From the NCBI GenBank assembly GCA_963702425.1, contig CAVPCQ010000032.1:128001-192000 (forward strand): a stretch of 64,000 bases of DNA, read 5' to 3'. The notes under the pieces are model-generated. The model saw nothing but the letters and a program-made list of their open reading frames with translations. It did not search any database and was not told the origin of the DNA. Both the position numbers and the translations under genes were made by a program. Positions 28,655-39,403 of this stretch are shown piece by piece (the stretch's first letter is position 1; each line of letters starts with the position of its first letter). Source of the DNA: an uncultured Acidobacteriota bacterium (lineage in GTDB: Bacteria; Acidobacteriota; Polarisedimenticolia; J045).

Positions 28655-31600
28655 TCACGGGCAGGCGCGGCCGGAGCCCTCGATCTCGTCGTCGCGTGTC
28701 TCCTGCAGGCCGGGGCCGGTGTCGTCATAGGTCCCGCCCTGCCCGCAGCCGATCGTCCGGAACAGGTAGAAGAAGCCGTTGGCGGCCCCCGGCAGCCCGG
28801 AATCCCTGGCCTGGGTGTCAGCGCTGTCGTTCTCGAGGCAGGTCATGACCGACGCCGCGAAGTCGCCCCGCGACCTCCGCAGCTCGCCGAGGCTCCCCTT
28901 CACCACGTCATACGCCGTCGCTGCCGGTTGGCGGGGCCAGTAGAGCGTCTGCCGATCCGTGACGAGGACGAGACCTCGGGCCGGACCTGGCGCGGAGGCC
29001 CCGTCGTCCACGGTCCCGTCGCAGTCGTTGTCCTTCGCGTCGCAGAGCTCCGCGTGGCCGGGGTAGACCTCGGGATCGTGGTCGTTGCAGTCGCCGCCCC
29101 ACACCCCCATCGCGTCGGAGTCGCAGTCGACTTCGGTTCCGAAGAGCAGCACGCTGCCGGAGTCGGAACCCAGCGAGCCGTCGTCCTCGGGCGCGCCGAC
29201 CAGCAGCTCCGGATCTCCTTCGCTGGTGAGGTCGCCCGGCGCCGCGACGCTCGCGCCGGCGTGGTCCCCGCCGGCGGCCTCCGGGTCGACGAGCTGGCCG
29301 ACGAACAGCCCATCGTCGCCGGCGAACACGACGGCGCGGCCCGACTCGATCGGACCCGAGGGCGAGGCGAGCGGGGCCCCCGCGAGCAGGTCCGGGACCC
29401 CGTCCCCGCTCACGTCGGGGGTGATCGCGACGGCGCTGCCGAGCTGCTCGCCGCCGTGCGCATCCGTCGCGCGGTACTCGATCGCGCCGGTCGACTCGGT
29501 GAAGACGACGACCGTCCCGGCGCGGTTGAGCAGCGAGACCGTCGCCAGCGGGGCGCCCGCGGCGGCTTCGAGGACGCCGTCGTCGTCCAGGTCGCCCGCG
29601 GCGACCGCGAAGCCGAGGTCCCCGGTGGTCTGCTTGTCCTTCAAGGTCCTCCGGAGGGCGCCGTCGCCGCCGCGCAGCACGCGGACGGAGTCTGCGCCCG
29701 GCTCGCCGACGAGCGCATCGCCGCCGGCCGCCGCCACGGCGTAGCCGAGGCGGCCGTCCTGGAGGTTGCCGGCCTGCCGCCAGACCCGGCGACAGCCGGT
29801 CTTCCCCTCGACGGAGAAGACGTAGGCCGCCCCCGCGTTGGCCGCGGACCCGGCGTCGGCGTACGGCGCGCCGACCAGCAGGTTCGGCGAGCCGTCGCCA
29901 TCGACGTCGGGGAAGGATGCGAGGCCGGTCCCCGCGCCGAGCTGGTCGCCGGAGGCTTCGCCGAGCGCGCACTGGACGAACAGCGAGCAGTCGCTGGAGG
30001 AGAAGATGACGATCGCGCCGGCGTCGGGGCGCGGGACGGGGAAGCCCGGTACTTTGTGCCGCGGTGCCGAGACCGCCAGGTCGTCGATGCCATCGCCGTC
30101 GACGTCGTCGATCCGCGCAACAGCGGTTCCGAGTTGATCGCCCGCGGCGCCCCAGTGGGCACGGCACAGGACCTGGCCGCCAGCGCCCGAGACCACCGTC
30201 ACGCTTCCGCTGTCGGTGCCGTCGGGATCGTCGAACGGGCTGCCGATCGCGTGGTCCGGGACACCGTCGCCATCGACGTCGCCGAGCGTCGCGATGGCGG
30301 ACCCGAAGTGGTCGCTGCCGGGGTTCCCGGCCGCCGTCCGCTTCACGGCGAAGTCGGCGCGCGGCATCCCCTCGTCGACGGTCCCGTCGCAGTCGTTGTC
30401 CTTTCCATCGCAGAGTTCGACGCAGACGGGGCAGCACGCGCGGTCGCCGTCGTCGCAGTCGTCGTCGTTCGTGACGTACCCGGCAGGGACCGGGGCGTGG
30501 CAGGTGGTCAGCGACTCGTCAGGATTGCCGTAGCCGTCCTGGTCCGCATCGCGGTAGTAGGTGTAGGTAGGGAGTCCCTCATCCACCAGGTCGTCGCAGT
30601 CGTTGTCTTTGTCGTCACAGACTTCCGGGTTGCCGGGGAATCGCTCCGGGTCCTGGTCGTCGCAGTCGTCGTCGTTCGCGACCGTCCCGGCCGGGGCCGT
30701 GGTGCGACACGAGATCAGCCAGATGGCCGGATTGCCGTAGCCGTCCTGGTCCGCATCGCGGTAATAGGTGAACGTGGGGAGTCCCTCGTCCACCAGGTCG
30801 TCGCAGTCGTTGTCCTTGTCGTCACAGACTTCCGGGTTGCCGGGGAAGCGCTCCGGGTCCTGGTCGTCGCAGTCCACCCGGACGCTGTAGCCGTCTCCAT
30901 CGGAGTCGGCCACCAGTGTCGTGAAGTCTTCCTGCTGCCCGCCGTTCCAGGGGTCCGTGATCCAGCGGCCGCGCTGCAGGAACGGAGATTTCGCCGGGCT
31001 CCAACGGTTGCGGAACCGCCAGTGGTAGCCCGTTGCGGGAAGCAGTCCGTCATACTCGAACTGGACCCAGTAGTTGATCGTGGGGTAGACCTCGCTGAGT
31101 CGCGTGTCCAGTCCGTCGAAGGACACGCCGAGCGGCTTGACCTCGAACTCCAGCTGGAAGGACGTGCGCCCAAGCGGACAGCGACCGACCGAGAACAGCT
31201 CGACGCGGTCCTCGGCGTGCGACATCCCGAGCGGCGCGATCAGCCGGTCGGCATCGGGCTGCCGCTGGCGGTGCGACACGTAGAGTCCGCGACCGCCATT
31301 GCCGTAATAGACGAAGGCTACCCCCTGGTCGGTCGAGCCCGCGTCGTACTCGGCGGCACCGAGCACGAGATCGGAGTAGCCGTCCTCGTTGATGTCGCCG
31401 GACCCGATCGCGCGGCCCAGGTGCATCCCCGCCTGGTTGCCGTCCACGAACCAGTCCGAGGTCGTCGACGGCCCGGACGGCGATCCGAGGAAGCCGACGA
31501 CCGACCCGCCGCCGGCAGCTCCCTTGCTGATGTCGGGGATCCCGACCGCGAAGTCGGAGAAGCCGTCGCCATTGACGTCGCCGGCGCCTGCCACGGCCGC

Positions 31601-34600
31601 GCCGACGTGCACCGCGGCCGACTTGCCGGAGTAGAGCCAGTCATGGGTCGTCGAGGGGCCGCCGGCGGAGCCGAGGAACAGGTAGGCGACGCCGGTGTCG
31701 GGGTTCACCCCGTCCCGGTACGGCGCGCCGACCAGGATGTCGGCGTACCCGTCCCCGTTCACGTCGCCGGCGCTCGCCACCGAGCGGCCGAGCTCGCACG
31801 CGCTCTGGCTGCACTCCGTGCTCCAGACCGGTGAGGCGGCAAGCCCCGTCGCCGCGCCGAGGTAGACGTACGCCGCCCCCGCGTCGGTGCCGTAGGTGGC
31901 GCTGTTGAATTTCGCGGCGCCGACCACGAGGTCCGAGAAGCCGTCGCGATTGACGTCGCCGGCCCCGGCCACGGAGGTGCCGAAGTTCGCATTGGGTTGA
32001 GGGACCGGGGGCGACAGCGTCCAGCTCGCCGAGGTCGCCAGCCCGGAGGCCGAGCCGCGATAGACCCGGACGGCGCCCTCCGCCGGGTAGGTGCCGTTGA
32101 AGTACGGCGTACTCACGGCCAGGTCGGCAAAGCCGTCGCGGTCGACATCCCCCGCGCCGGCGATGCTCCAGCCGAAGAACGCCCCCGCCTGGTTCCCCTC
32201 CGCCGTCCAGTTCGGGGACGGCGAGAGGCCTCCCGGCAGGCCGTGGTAGACGTAGACGGCACCCTCGCTGAGCTCCGGGCCGTCATGATTGATCGCGCTG
32301 ATTGCGACATCGACGAACCCGTCGTTGTCGACGTCCCCGACCCCTGCGACGGCGTACCCGAAGTCGGCCAGAGCCTGGTCCCCCTGCGCCGTCCAGGCCG
32401 GGCTCGACGCGGGCCCGAAAGCACCCCCCAGGAAGAGATACGCGCGGCCTTCCTGGCCCCCGGCATCGAAGTCCGGCGCGCCGACGAGCAGATCGGCGAA
32501 GCCGTCGCCGTTGACGTCACCGGCAATCGCGATGGTGGAGCCGAAGCCGCTCGCGGCCTGGTACCCCGTCTTCGTCCAGCCGGCGGTGGTCGCGAGCCCC
32601 ATCGGAGAGCCGAGGAAGACGAACGCCGCCCCCTCGTTCGTCGCATCGCCGTCGAAGTAGGGCGCCCCGACGATCACGTCGCTGTACCCGTTGCCGTCCA
32701 CGTCGCCCGCGGTCGCAACGGACATGCCGAATCCCGCACCCGCCTGCTCGATGATCCCGGTCCAGCTCTCCGCCACCGGCAGGCCCGCCGCCGCGCCAAA
32801 ATACCCGAGCACGGCGCCCGTGGTGCCATTCGGGTTATCGCGTCCCTCGACGCTGACCACGACGTCGCCGTAGCCGTCGCCGTTGACGTCCCCGGCGGTG
32901 GCGACGTGGGCGCCGAGGGAGTCCTGGGCGAAGCCGTCGAGCGTCCACGCCGGCGACGTCGTCAGCCCGGAGGCCGAGCCGAGATAGGCGTAGGCGCGAC
33001 CGGCGAACGGCGCGACCGCACCATGGTTCGGCGCGCCGACCATCACGTCGGCGTAGCTGTCGCCGTTGACGTCGCCAGCCGTCGACACCGAGCTGCCGTA
33101 GTTCGCGCCTCCGTCCTCGCCGGTCGTGACCCACTGCGGGGAACCCGAGAGGCCGGTAGACGAGCCAAGGTAGACGTAGGCTCGCCCCTGGTGGGGCTCG
33201 CTCGCCATGTGATCGGGCGCGCCGACGATCACGTCGGCGAATCCGTCGTAGTTGACGTCCCCGGCGGTGCTGCCCGACGAGCCGAAGTGGTCGAGGCGTG
33301 CCTCGCCAACGACCGCCCACGAGGGGCTGACCGCGAGACCGCCCGACGATCCGTGGTAGACGAGCGCCCGGCCGCGCTCCTCCGTCCCGACCGAGTAGCG
33401 CCGCTCGCCGACGATGACGTCGCTGTAGCCGTCGCCGTTGACGTCGCCCGCGGTGGCGACGGAATACCCCAGCCACCCCTTGTAGAAGGTTCCGTCTGCG
33501 GTCCACGCCGGCGTCACTCCGAGTCCACCCGCCGACCCGAGGTAGACGAACGCACGGCCCTCCTCCTCCTGGCTGAACTCGAAACGAGGGGCTCCGACGA
33601 TGACGTCGCCGTAGCCGTCGCCGTTGACGTCGCCCGCCGTCCCGACCGACGCGCCAAACTGCGCGAACTGGTTGTTGCTCTCCGCGCTCCAGTTCGGCGT
33701 CGGCGACGGCCCGGAGGGGGATCCGAGGTACACGAACGCCCGGCCCTCGTCGACCAGGCCGTGGTCGTAGGCTTCGGCGCCGACGATCACGTCGCTGAAC
33801 CCGTCGCCGTTGACGTCCCCCGCGGTGGCTACCGACCAGCCGAACCACGCATTGGCCTGCCCCCCCTCCGCGGTCCACGCCGGAGTGGTCGCCAGGGGAT
33901 CAACCGTGACGGGGTAGGTCGCGGAGGCGTCGTCGACGACGATGCGGATCCCCCGTTCACCGCCCGAGATGAACCCCTCGAAGCGCGCTGCGAGCGGCCG
34001 GCCGCCCGCGTCGCTGACGTTCAGGCCGGCATAGTGCAGGACGGCCGGCTCGCCGCTCCGCGCGAAATCGATCGCCTGGCCGTCGGCGCTGATCCGCGGC
34101 GAGAGCGACCCTCGAAGCGCGAATTCGAGGACGAGCGGACGGCCGGCTCCGGCTGTCGCGCCGGACGGCATCGCGACGATCAGGCCGTGCTTCACGCCGC
34201 GCGCGGTATTCTCGAACCACTCGCGCGCCGCGTTGTGCTCGTAGTCGGCGCGCGCGCCTCGGATGGAGAGCCGCGGGGGCGCGACCGGCTCCGCTTCCCC
34301 GAGTCGTCCGACGCGCGCGAGGGACAGACCCCAGTCCCACGGCGGCGGATCGGCGGTGCGCGGGACGATGCGGATCCCCTCGGGGAGGAACCAGACGCGC
34401 CATCCGTGCGCGCGGTTCGGGGCCTGCCAAGCCCCGTCGATGCCCGCGAGCGGTGGCTTCTTCTGCCATGAGATGTCGTACTCCGATGCCGCGATCTGGG
34501 CCTCGACGCGGGACAACCAGCCGGCCGAAATCGACGAGTCGGGCCGCGCGGTGGGGACCGTCCCCTCCGCCGCCACGAGCTGTGTGATCCCGGCTGCGGC

Positions 34601-34702
34601 CACCAGCGCCAGTGCCACGGCGACTCCGCGCCCGGACGACGACGCGCGACACGAGCGCGACGCGCCCAACGCGCCGCGCGGCAGCAACGCGCTCCTGTTC
34701 AT
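28655..34702 (-). CDS. Giant secreted FG-GAP (integrin-alpha beta-propeller) repeat protein with Cys/Asp-rich putative metal-binding repeats
   Basis: Many AGDVNGDGYxDVIVGA units; DCDD..P...PG..EVCD.KDNDCD repeats; ends GRACP; 2015 aa. Confidence 0.92.
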   Translation of the reverse strand: MNRSALLPRGALGASRSCRASSSGRGVAVALALVAAAGITQLVAAEGTVPTARPDSSISAGWLSRVEAQIAASEYDISWQKKPPLAGIDGAWQAPNRAHGWRVWFLPEGIRIVPRTADPPPWDWGLSLARVGRLGEAEPVAPPRLSIRGARADYEHNAAREWFENTARGVKHGLIVAMPSGATAGAGRPLVLEFALRGSLSPRISADGQAIDFARSGEPAVLHYAGLNVSDAGGRPLAARFEGFISGGERGIRIVVDDASATYPVTVDPLATTPAWTAEGGQANAWFGWSVATAGDVNGDGFSDVIVGAEAYDHGLVDEGRAFVYLGSPSGPSPTPNWSAESNNQFAQFGASVGTAGDVNGDGYGDVIVGAPRFEFSQEEEGRAFVYLGSAGGLGVTPAWTADGTFYKGWLGYSVATAGDVNGDGYSDVIVGERRYSVGTEERGRALVYHGSSGGLAVSPSWAVVGEARLDHFGSSGSTAGDVNYDGFADVIVGAPDHMASEPHQGRAYVYLGSSTGLSGSPQWVTTGEDGGANYGSSVSTAGDVNGDSYADVMVGAPNHGAVAPFAGRAYAYLGSASGLTTSPAWTLDGFAQDSLGAHVATAGDVNGDGYGDVVVSVEGRDNPNGTTGAVLGYFGAAAGLPVAESWTGIIEQAGAGFGMSVATAGDVDGNGYSDVIVGAPYFDGDATNEGAAFVFLGSPMGLATTAGWTKTGYQAASGFGSTIAIAGDVNGDGFADLLVGAPDFDAGGQEGRAYLFLGGAFGPASSPAWTAQGDQALADFGYAVAGVGDVDNDGFVDVAISAINHDGPELSEGAVYVYHGLPGGLSPSPNWTAEGNQAGAFFGWSIAGAGDVDRDGFADLAVSTPYFNGTYPAEGAVRVYRGSASGLATSASWTLSPPVPQPNANFGTSVAGAGDVNRDGFSDLVVGAAKFNSATYGTDAGAAYVYLGAATGLAASPVWSTECSQSACELGRSVASAGDVNGDGYADILVGAPYRDGVNPDTGVAYLFLGSAGGPSTTHDWLYSGKSAAVHVGAAVAGAGDVNGDGFSDFAVGIPDISKGAAGGGSVVGFLGSPSGPSTTSDWFVDGNQAGMHLGRAIGSGDINEDGYSDLVLGAAEYDAGSTDQGVAFVYYGNGGRGLYVSHRQRQPDADRLIAPLGMSHAEDRVELFSVGRCPLGRTSFQLEFEVKPLGVSFDGLDTRLSEVYPTINYWVQFEYDGLLPATGYHWRFRNRWSPAKSPFLQRGRWITDPWNGGQQEDFTTLVADSDGDGYSVRVDCDDQDPERFPGNPEVCDDKDNDCDDLVDEGLPTFTYYRDADQDGYGNPAIWLISCRTTAPAGTVANDDDCDDQDPERFPGNPEVCDDKDNDCDDLVDEGLPTYTYYRDADQDGYGNPDESLTTCHAPVPAGYVTNDDDCDDGDRACCPVCVELCDGKDNDCDGTVDEGMPRADFAVKRTAAGNPGSDHFGSAIATLGDVDGDGVPDHAIGSPFDDPDGTDSGSVTVVSGAGGQVLCRAHWGAAGDQLGTAVARIDDVDGDGIDDLAVSAPRHKVPGFPVPRPDAGAIVIFSSSDCSLFVQCALGEASGDQLGAGTGLASFPDVDGDGSPNLLVGAPYADAGSAANAGAAYVFSVEGKTGCRRVWRQAGNLQDGRLGYAVAAAGGDALVGEPGADSVRVLRGGDGALRRTLKDKQTTGDLGFAVAAGDLDDDGVLEAAAGAPLATVSLLNRAGTVVVFTESTGAIEYRATDAHGGEQLGSAVAITPDVSGDGVPDLLAGAPLASPSGPIESGRAVVFAGDDGLFVGQLVDPEAAGGDHAGASVAAPGDLTSEGDPELLVGAPEDDGSLGSDSGSVLLFGTEVDCDSDAMGVWGGDCNDHDPEVYPGHAELCDAKDNDCDGTVDDGASAPGPARGLVLVTDRQTLYWPRQPAATAYDVVKGSLGELRRSRGDFAASVMTCLENDSADTQARDSGLPGAANGFFYLFRTIGCGQGGTYDDTGPGLQETRDDEIEGSGRACP
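30522..30874. repeat. Intragenic direct repeat, two copies of ~146 nt with a 207-nt period
   Basis: 30522..30667 matches 30729..30874 and encodes DCDDQDPERFPGNPEVCDDKDNDCDDLVDEGLPTxTYYRDADQDGYGNP. Confidence 0.9.
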
Positions 34703-34974
34703 GGGTTCCCCCTGACTCGCCAGCCGTGGCTCGGCGTCGCGCGGGAGTCGCGTCGGGACGATCTCGGCGCGGCCCCCGTCCCCGCGGGGCCGCCCTCCGG
34801 TCGCGCTGTGCTACGGATAGCGCCGTCGGGGCCAGCAACGCAAGGGCGGAACGACGCTTCTTTGCGAAAATGTCCGAGAGTGATGCTCGTTAAGCTCGGT
34901 TCTTCCCAGGAGCGTCTCGAACGAGCGCGCCGAGATGGCCCGAGACCGGGCGCTGCGCCCGGATCGCGGAAGCG

Positions 34975-35006
34975 CGGAGGGGGCCGCCGGATGGCGGCCC
35001 CCTCCG
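34975..35006. terminator. 14-bp GC stem-loop between the two FG-GAP genes
   Basis: CGGAGGGGGCCGCC-ggat-GGCGGCCCCCTCCG; no clear U-tract. Confidence 0.45.
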
Positions 35007-35111
35007 TCCCGCGAGGCGGCGACGGACAGGCTTGCGCTCCCATCCGCCGCCGCCGCGGGCGCCGCCCCGATGAGGGGAAGGCGTCCGCGCCGAGGGAGAC
35101 TCCTCCGCGGA

Positions 35112-38100
35112 TCAGGGGCAGGTGCGACCGGTGCGGGGCGATCCATCGCTGCGATCGCCGAGTGGGCCCTCGCCGGGGCGGGGGTTGTCCGCGCGGGTCA
35201 GGTAGAACACACCTGGCCGGCGGCGCGCTTGTGCGTCGGGTGTGGCTGGCCATGGCGTCGTCGGATTTCACGCACGTCGCCGCCATGTAGTCGGATGCGG
35301 TCGTCGCGCGCAGCGTGTCGTAGTACGTGAAGCTGCCGCCCGGATCCACCGGAGCATCCCAGTTGAGCGTGGTCCTGTCGCTGGCGAATCGGAGATTGCG
35401 GGTCTCTCCGGGTTGCGACCAGGCGCTGGGGGCGCTCTCGTTGCAGTCCTCGAAGTCGCGATGGCCGTCGCGGTCCGCATCGACGGTCAACGTCCGCAGT
35501 CGCGCCTCCTGCCAGCCGTTCCAGGGGGTCGTCAACCAGCGGCTGCGGGGCTGGAACGGGGTTGTCGCCGGGTTGTAGCGCAGCCGGACGCGCCAGTGAT
35601 AGCCGGCACTCTGGCTGTGCCCGGCGACCAGCTCGTCCAGCGTGACGCCCGAAACCCCGGTGTTCATCCAGGAGGCTTCGACGTGGGTCGCGGTCCCATC
35701 GAACAGCGTCCCGACCGGCTTGTCCTCCCACTCCAGCTTCACCTTGCCTCGCCCGAACGGCGTGCGCCCGATCAGCAGCAGGCGGAAGCCGTAACGATCC
35801 TCCGAGGTCCCGCGCAGGGCGATCTCGCCCAGGTCGTTCGAGCGCCGCTGCCGCGGCCTCAGGGAGATGCCGCCCCCGCCGGGGCCGCCGTTTCCGTAAT
35901 AGATCGCGAGGCGCCCGGCGTCCGTGCTCGCGGTGTCGTACCCGTAGGCACCGACGACGACCTCGGCGTAGCCGTCGCCGTTGAGATCGCCGGCCGACGC
36001 AACGCAGTAGCCGAACCTGTCTCCGAACTGGTTCCCCTCGTAGCTCCGGGTCGGGGAGGCCGGAAGTCCGGCAGCCGAGCCGTTGAACACGTAGGCCCAC
36101 CTGTTCATCTCGATGCCCACCGCGATGTCGGCATACCCGTCGCCGTCGACGTCGCCCGCTCCGGCAACCGAGTGGCCGAGCCTGTGGTAGTAGGACAGGT
36201 AGTTCGTGTAGGTCCAGGCCGGGTGCTCGCTCACACCGGACGAGTTCCCGTAGTACACGAACACCTTCCCCTCCTCGCCGCTCGGGCCCTCGCACCTCGG
36301 CGCGCCGACCACGATGTCGGAGTAGCCGTCGCCGTTCACGTCGCCGGCCGACGCCACGGATTCGCCGAATCCTGTGTCCGCGTTGTCGCAGGTCTCGAAC
36401 CGGGACAGGTCGCCCATGCCGGTGCGCACGCCGGAGGCCGAGCCGAAATACAGCCGCACGGGCACACTCCGCCCGCCGGCGATGAGGTCCGAGTAGCCGT
36501 CGCGGTTCACGTCGCCCGCCGAGGCCACGGAGGTGCCGTACAGATCGTCGTGATAGTTGCTGCAGTGCCAGCGGCCGTCCGCCACCGGGCCGCTCGCCGA
36601 GCCGTGGTAGACCCAGATGCAACCCTGGTCGACGTCCCAGTAGTCGTAGTACGGCGCACCCACCACGATGTCGGCATAGCCGTCGCCGTTGATGTCTCCC
36701 GCCGACGCGACCGACCATCCGTACCGGGCGTCGACATGGTTGCTCTCCGCCGTCCAGCCCGCGCTCCCCGCCAGCCCCGTCGCGGATCCGTAGTACAGGA
36801 GCACCCGGCCTTCGTTGATCTGCCCGTTGTCGTAGTAGGGATCGCCCACGAGCACGTCGCTGAACCCGTCGCCATTGACGTCGCCGGCCGACGCGACGCT
36901 CTCGCCGCCGACGCTGTTGACGGACCAGTCGGCGGTCGAGTCGGCGCCGGACGCCGAGCCGTAGTACGCCTTCGCCCCGTTGCCGCCCGGGCCGCCGGCA
37001 ATGAGATCGGCGTAGCCGTCGCCGTTGACGTCGCCCGCCGAGGCGACCGTGTAGCCCAGCTCCCCCGGGGGGCCGAAGATCTCGGTGGCGTAGAAGCCCG
37101 AGAGCCCGTTCGAGCCGCCGTGGTAGACGAACGCCGCGCCCTCGTCGAACTGCCCGTCGTCGTAGTACTGCGCCCCGACGATCACGTCGGAGATAGCCGT
37201 CACCGTTCACATCGCCGGCCGTGGCGACCGAGCGCCCGAAGAGCGCGGACGCCTGGTTCGACTCCGCCGTCCAGCTGGCGTTGCCCGCCAGCCCCCCCGC
37301 CGAGCCGAGGATCACGCTGGCCCGGCCCTCGTCGGTTTCCCCGTTGTCGTAGTACAGGGCGCTCACGATGACGTCCGCATAGCCGTCGCCGTTCACGTCG
37401 CCGGCGGTCCCCACGGAGCGGCCCAGCTCGGAGTTGGCCTGGTCGTTCTCGTAGGACCACGCCCATACCGGCGAGCCGGCTGCGCCGCCGTGGTAGACGA
37501 ACGCCCGGCCTTCGTTGACCTGGCCGTTGTCGTAGTACATCGCGCCGGCGATGATGTCGGCGTAGCCGTCGCCGTTGACGTCGCCGGCCGTCCCCACGGA
37601 TTCGCCGAGGTGCGCATCGGCCTGGTTGCACTGGCCGATCCAGCTCGCCTTGGTCTCGAGCTTGCTGCCGTCGCTTCGGAACAGGAACACACCGCCTTCG
37701 TCGGCCTCGCCGCTGTCGAAGAGCGGCGCCCCGACCACGACGTCGGAGTGGCCGTCGCCGTTGACGTCCCCCGCCGTGCCGACCGCGAAGCCGAAGAGCG
37801 CCGACGCCTGCCCGCCATAGGCCACCCAGCTCGGGGACACGGGGAAGTATCTGCCGTCGCTGTAATAGGCGAACGCCGCGCCCTCGTTGACGAAGGTGCT
37901 GTCGTAGTAGTGGGCACCGACGATGATGTCGGAGTAGCCGTCGTTCTGGACGTCCCCGGCCGTCGCGACGGTCCAGCCGAAGTAGCTCGAGGCCTGGTTG
38001 CTCTCGCCGGTCCAGCGCGCCGTGGTGCTCAGCCCTCCCGAGCTGCCGCAGTAGACGTAGGCCCGGCCTTCGTCCGTCTGCCCGTTGTCGTAGTTCGGGG

Positions 38101-39161
38101 CGCCGACGATGACGTCGGAGTACCCGTCGCCATCCATGTCCCCGACCGTAGCCACCGCAAACCCGAGGTTCGCATCGGCCTGGTTGGATTCGGTGGACCA
38201 GGCGGCCGTCGTCGCAAGCCCGGCCGCCGAGCCGTGGAACACGAAGGCCCGCCCCTCGTTCGTCTGCCCGTTGTCGTAGTAGGGCGCGCCGACGATGACG
38301 TCGGAGTAGCCGTCGCCGTTGACGTCGCCCGCGGTCGCCACCGCGTAGCCGAAGTTGGCCTGGACCTGGTTCGCCTCGCCGATCCACGACGGGGAGGTCG
38401 CGAGCGGGTCGACGTAGAGCGGGTAGCTCGCGCCGCGGTCGTCGATCAGGATCCGGATCCCGCGCGCGCCGTCCCCGCTCCAGCCCGCGAATCGCGCGGG
38501 AAGCTCGCGGTCCCTCGCGTCCGCGACCTTCAGCTGCGCGAGGTGAACGACCGGCGCCCAGTCTCCCGCCGCGAAGTCGATCGCCTGGCCGTCCTCGCTG
38601 AGCCGGGGCGAGAGCGTCCCGGTGAGCGCGAACTGCAGCACGAGCGGCCGGCCGCCGCCCGCACCGCCGACACCCTCGGGAGGCGCCGGAGATGGTGAGC
38701 CCCTGCTCGAGCCCGCGCGGGGAGTTCGTCGTACCACTCCTGGATCTCGCCGCGATCGTAGGTGATCCGGCCCTCGTGCGGTGCGAGCCGTGCGGGCGGC
38801 GCGGGTGCGAGGCGATCGTCGCGACCGGTGGCAACCAGCTCGAGCCCCCACTCCCAGGAGGGCTCCGGCGCGGTGCGTCGCACCACGCGCACGCCGCGCT
38901 CGGTGAAGTAGATGCGGAAGTCGTGGGCGCGGTTCGGCGCGTGCCACGCCGCGTCGAGGTCGGGCAGCACCGTCCGGTCCTGCCAGGTGACGAAGTACTC
39001 CGACTCACGAATCCCATTCTGGGCCTCGGAGAACCAGTCGTCGGAGGCGCCGGCGAGGGCGGAGTCGATGGTCGGCTCGCAGCGGGGTGATCCATGACGG
39101 TCTGCGCCATAACCGGCGCCGTGGCGAGAAGCACGACAGCGAGTGCGCAAGTGCGATTCAT
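35112..39161 (-). CDS. Secreted FG-GAP repeat protein, paralog of 28655..34702; at least 5 frameshifts (sequencing errors or pseudogene)
   Basis: Start MNRTCALAVVLL at 39161. Coding sense switches frame near 39085, 38727, 38690, 37193 and 35250-35215. Last segment reads VFYLTRADN...PRTGRTCP-TGA (35112). Confidence 0.85.
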
Positions 39162-39266
39162 CGTCCACCCCCGTTCCGGGCCCGGCGGACTCACGGGCCG
39201 CGAGCGCAAGATCAGGGCTGCCGGAGACTCGAGAGGACTCCCGTCCGCGGAGCACCTCAGCGATCA

Positions 39267-39296
39267 ATAGACACATAGCTGGCGGCGGCCGTTTCC
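39267..39296 (-). promoter_or_regulatory. Possible ECF-type promoter upstream of the FG-GAP gene
   Basis: Minus strand GGAAAC-N18-GTCTAT, about 105 nt upstream of 39161; resemblance only. Confidence 0.25.
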
Positions 39297-39403
39297 CCTC
39301 GCTCTCTGAGATTTCCGGTCCGCCACCGTTCGACAGACGGAGAAGGCCGGGAGGGCGTCGTCTTACCTCATCGAGCACCTTTGTTCTCCTGTAAATTGAC
39401 GCC

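Noticed and set aside
31300-38350. Periodic gccgtcgccgttgacgtcgcc repeats resembling a CRISPR array or DGR repeats
   Set aside because: They encode in-frame GDVNGDG FG-GAP motifs with degenerate third positions at protein-repeat spacing. No cas or reverse transcriptase gene is present.
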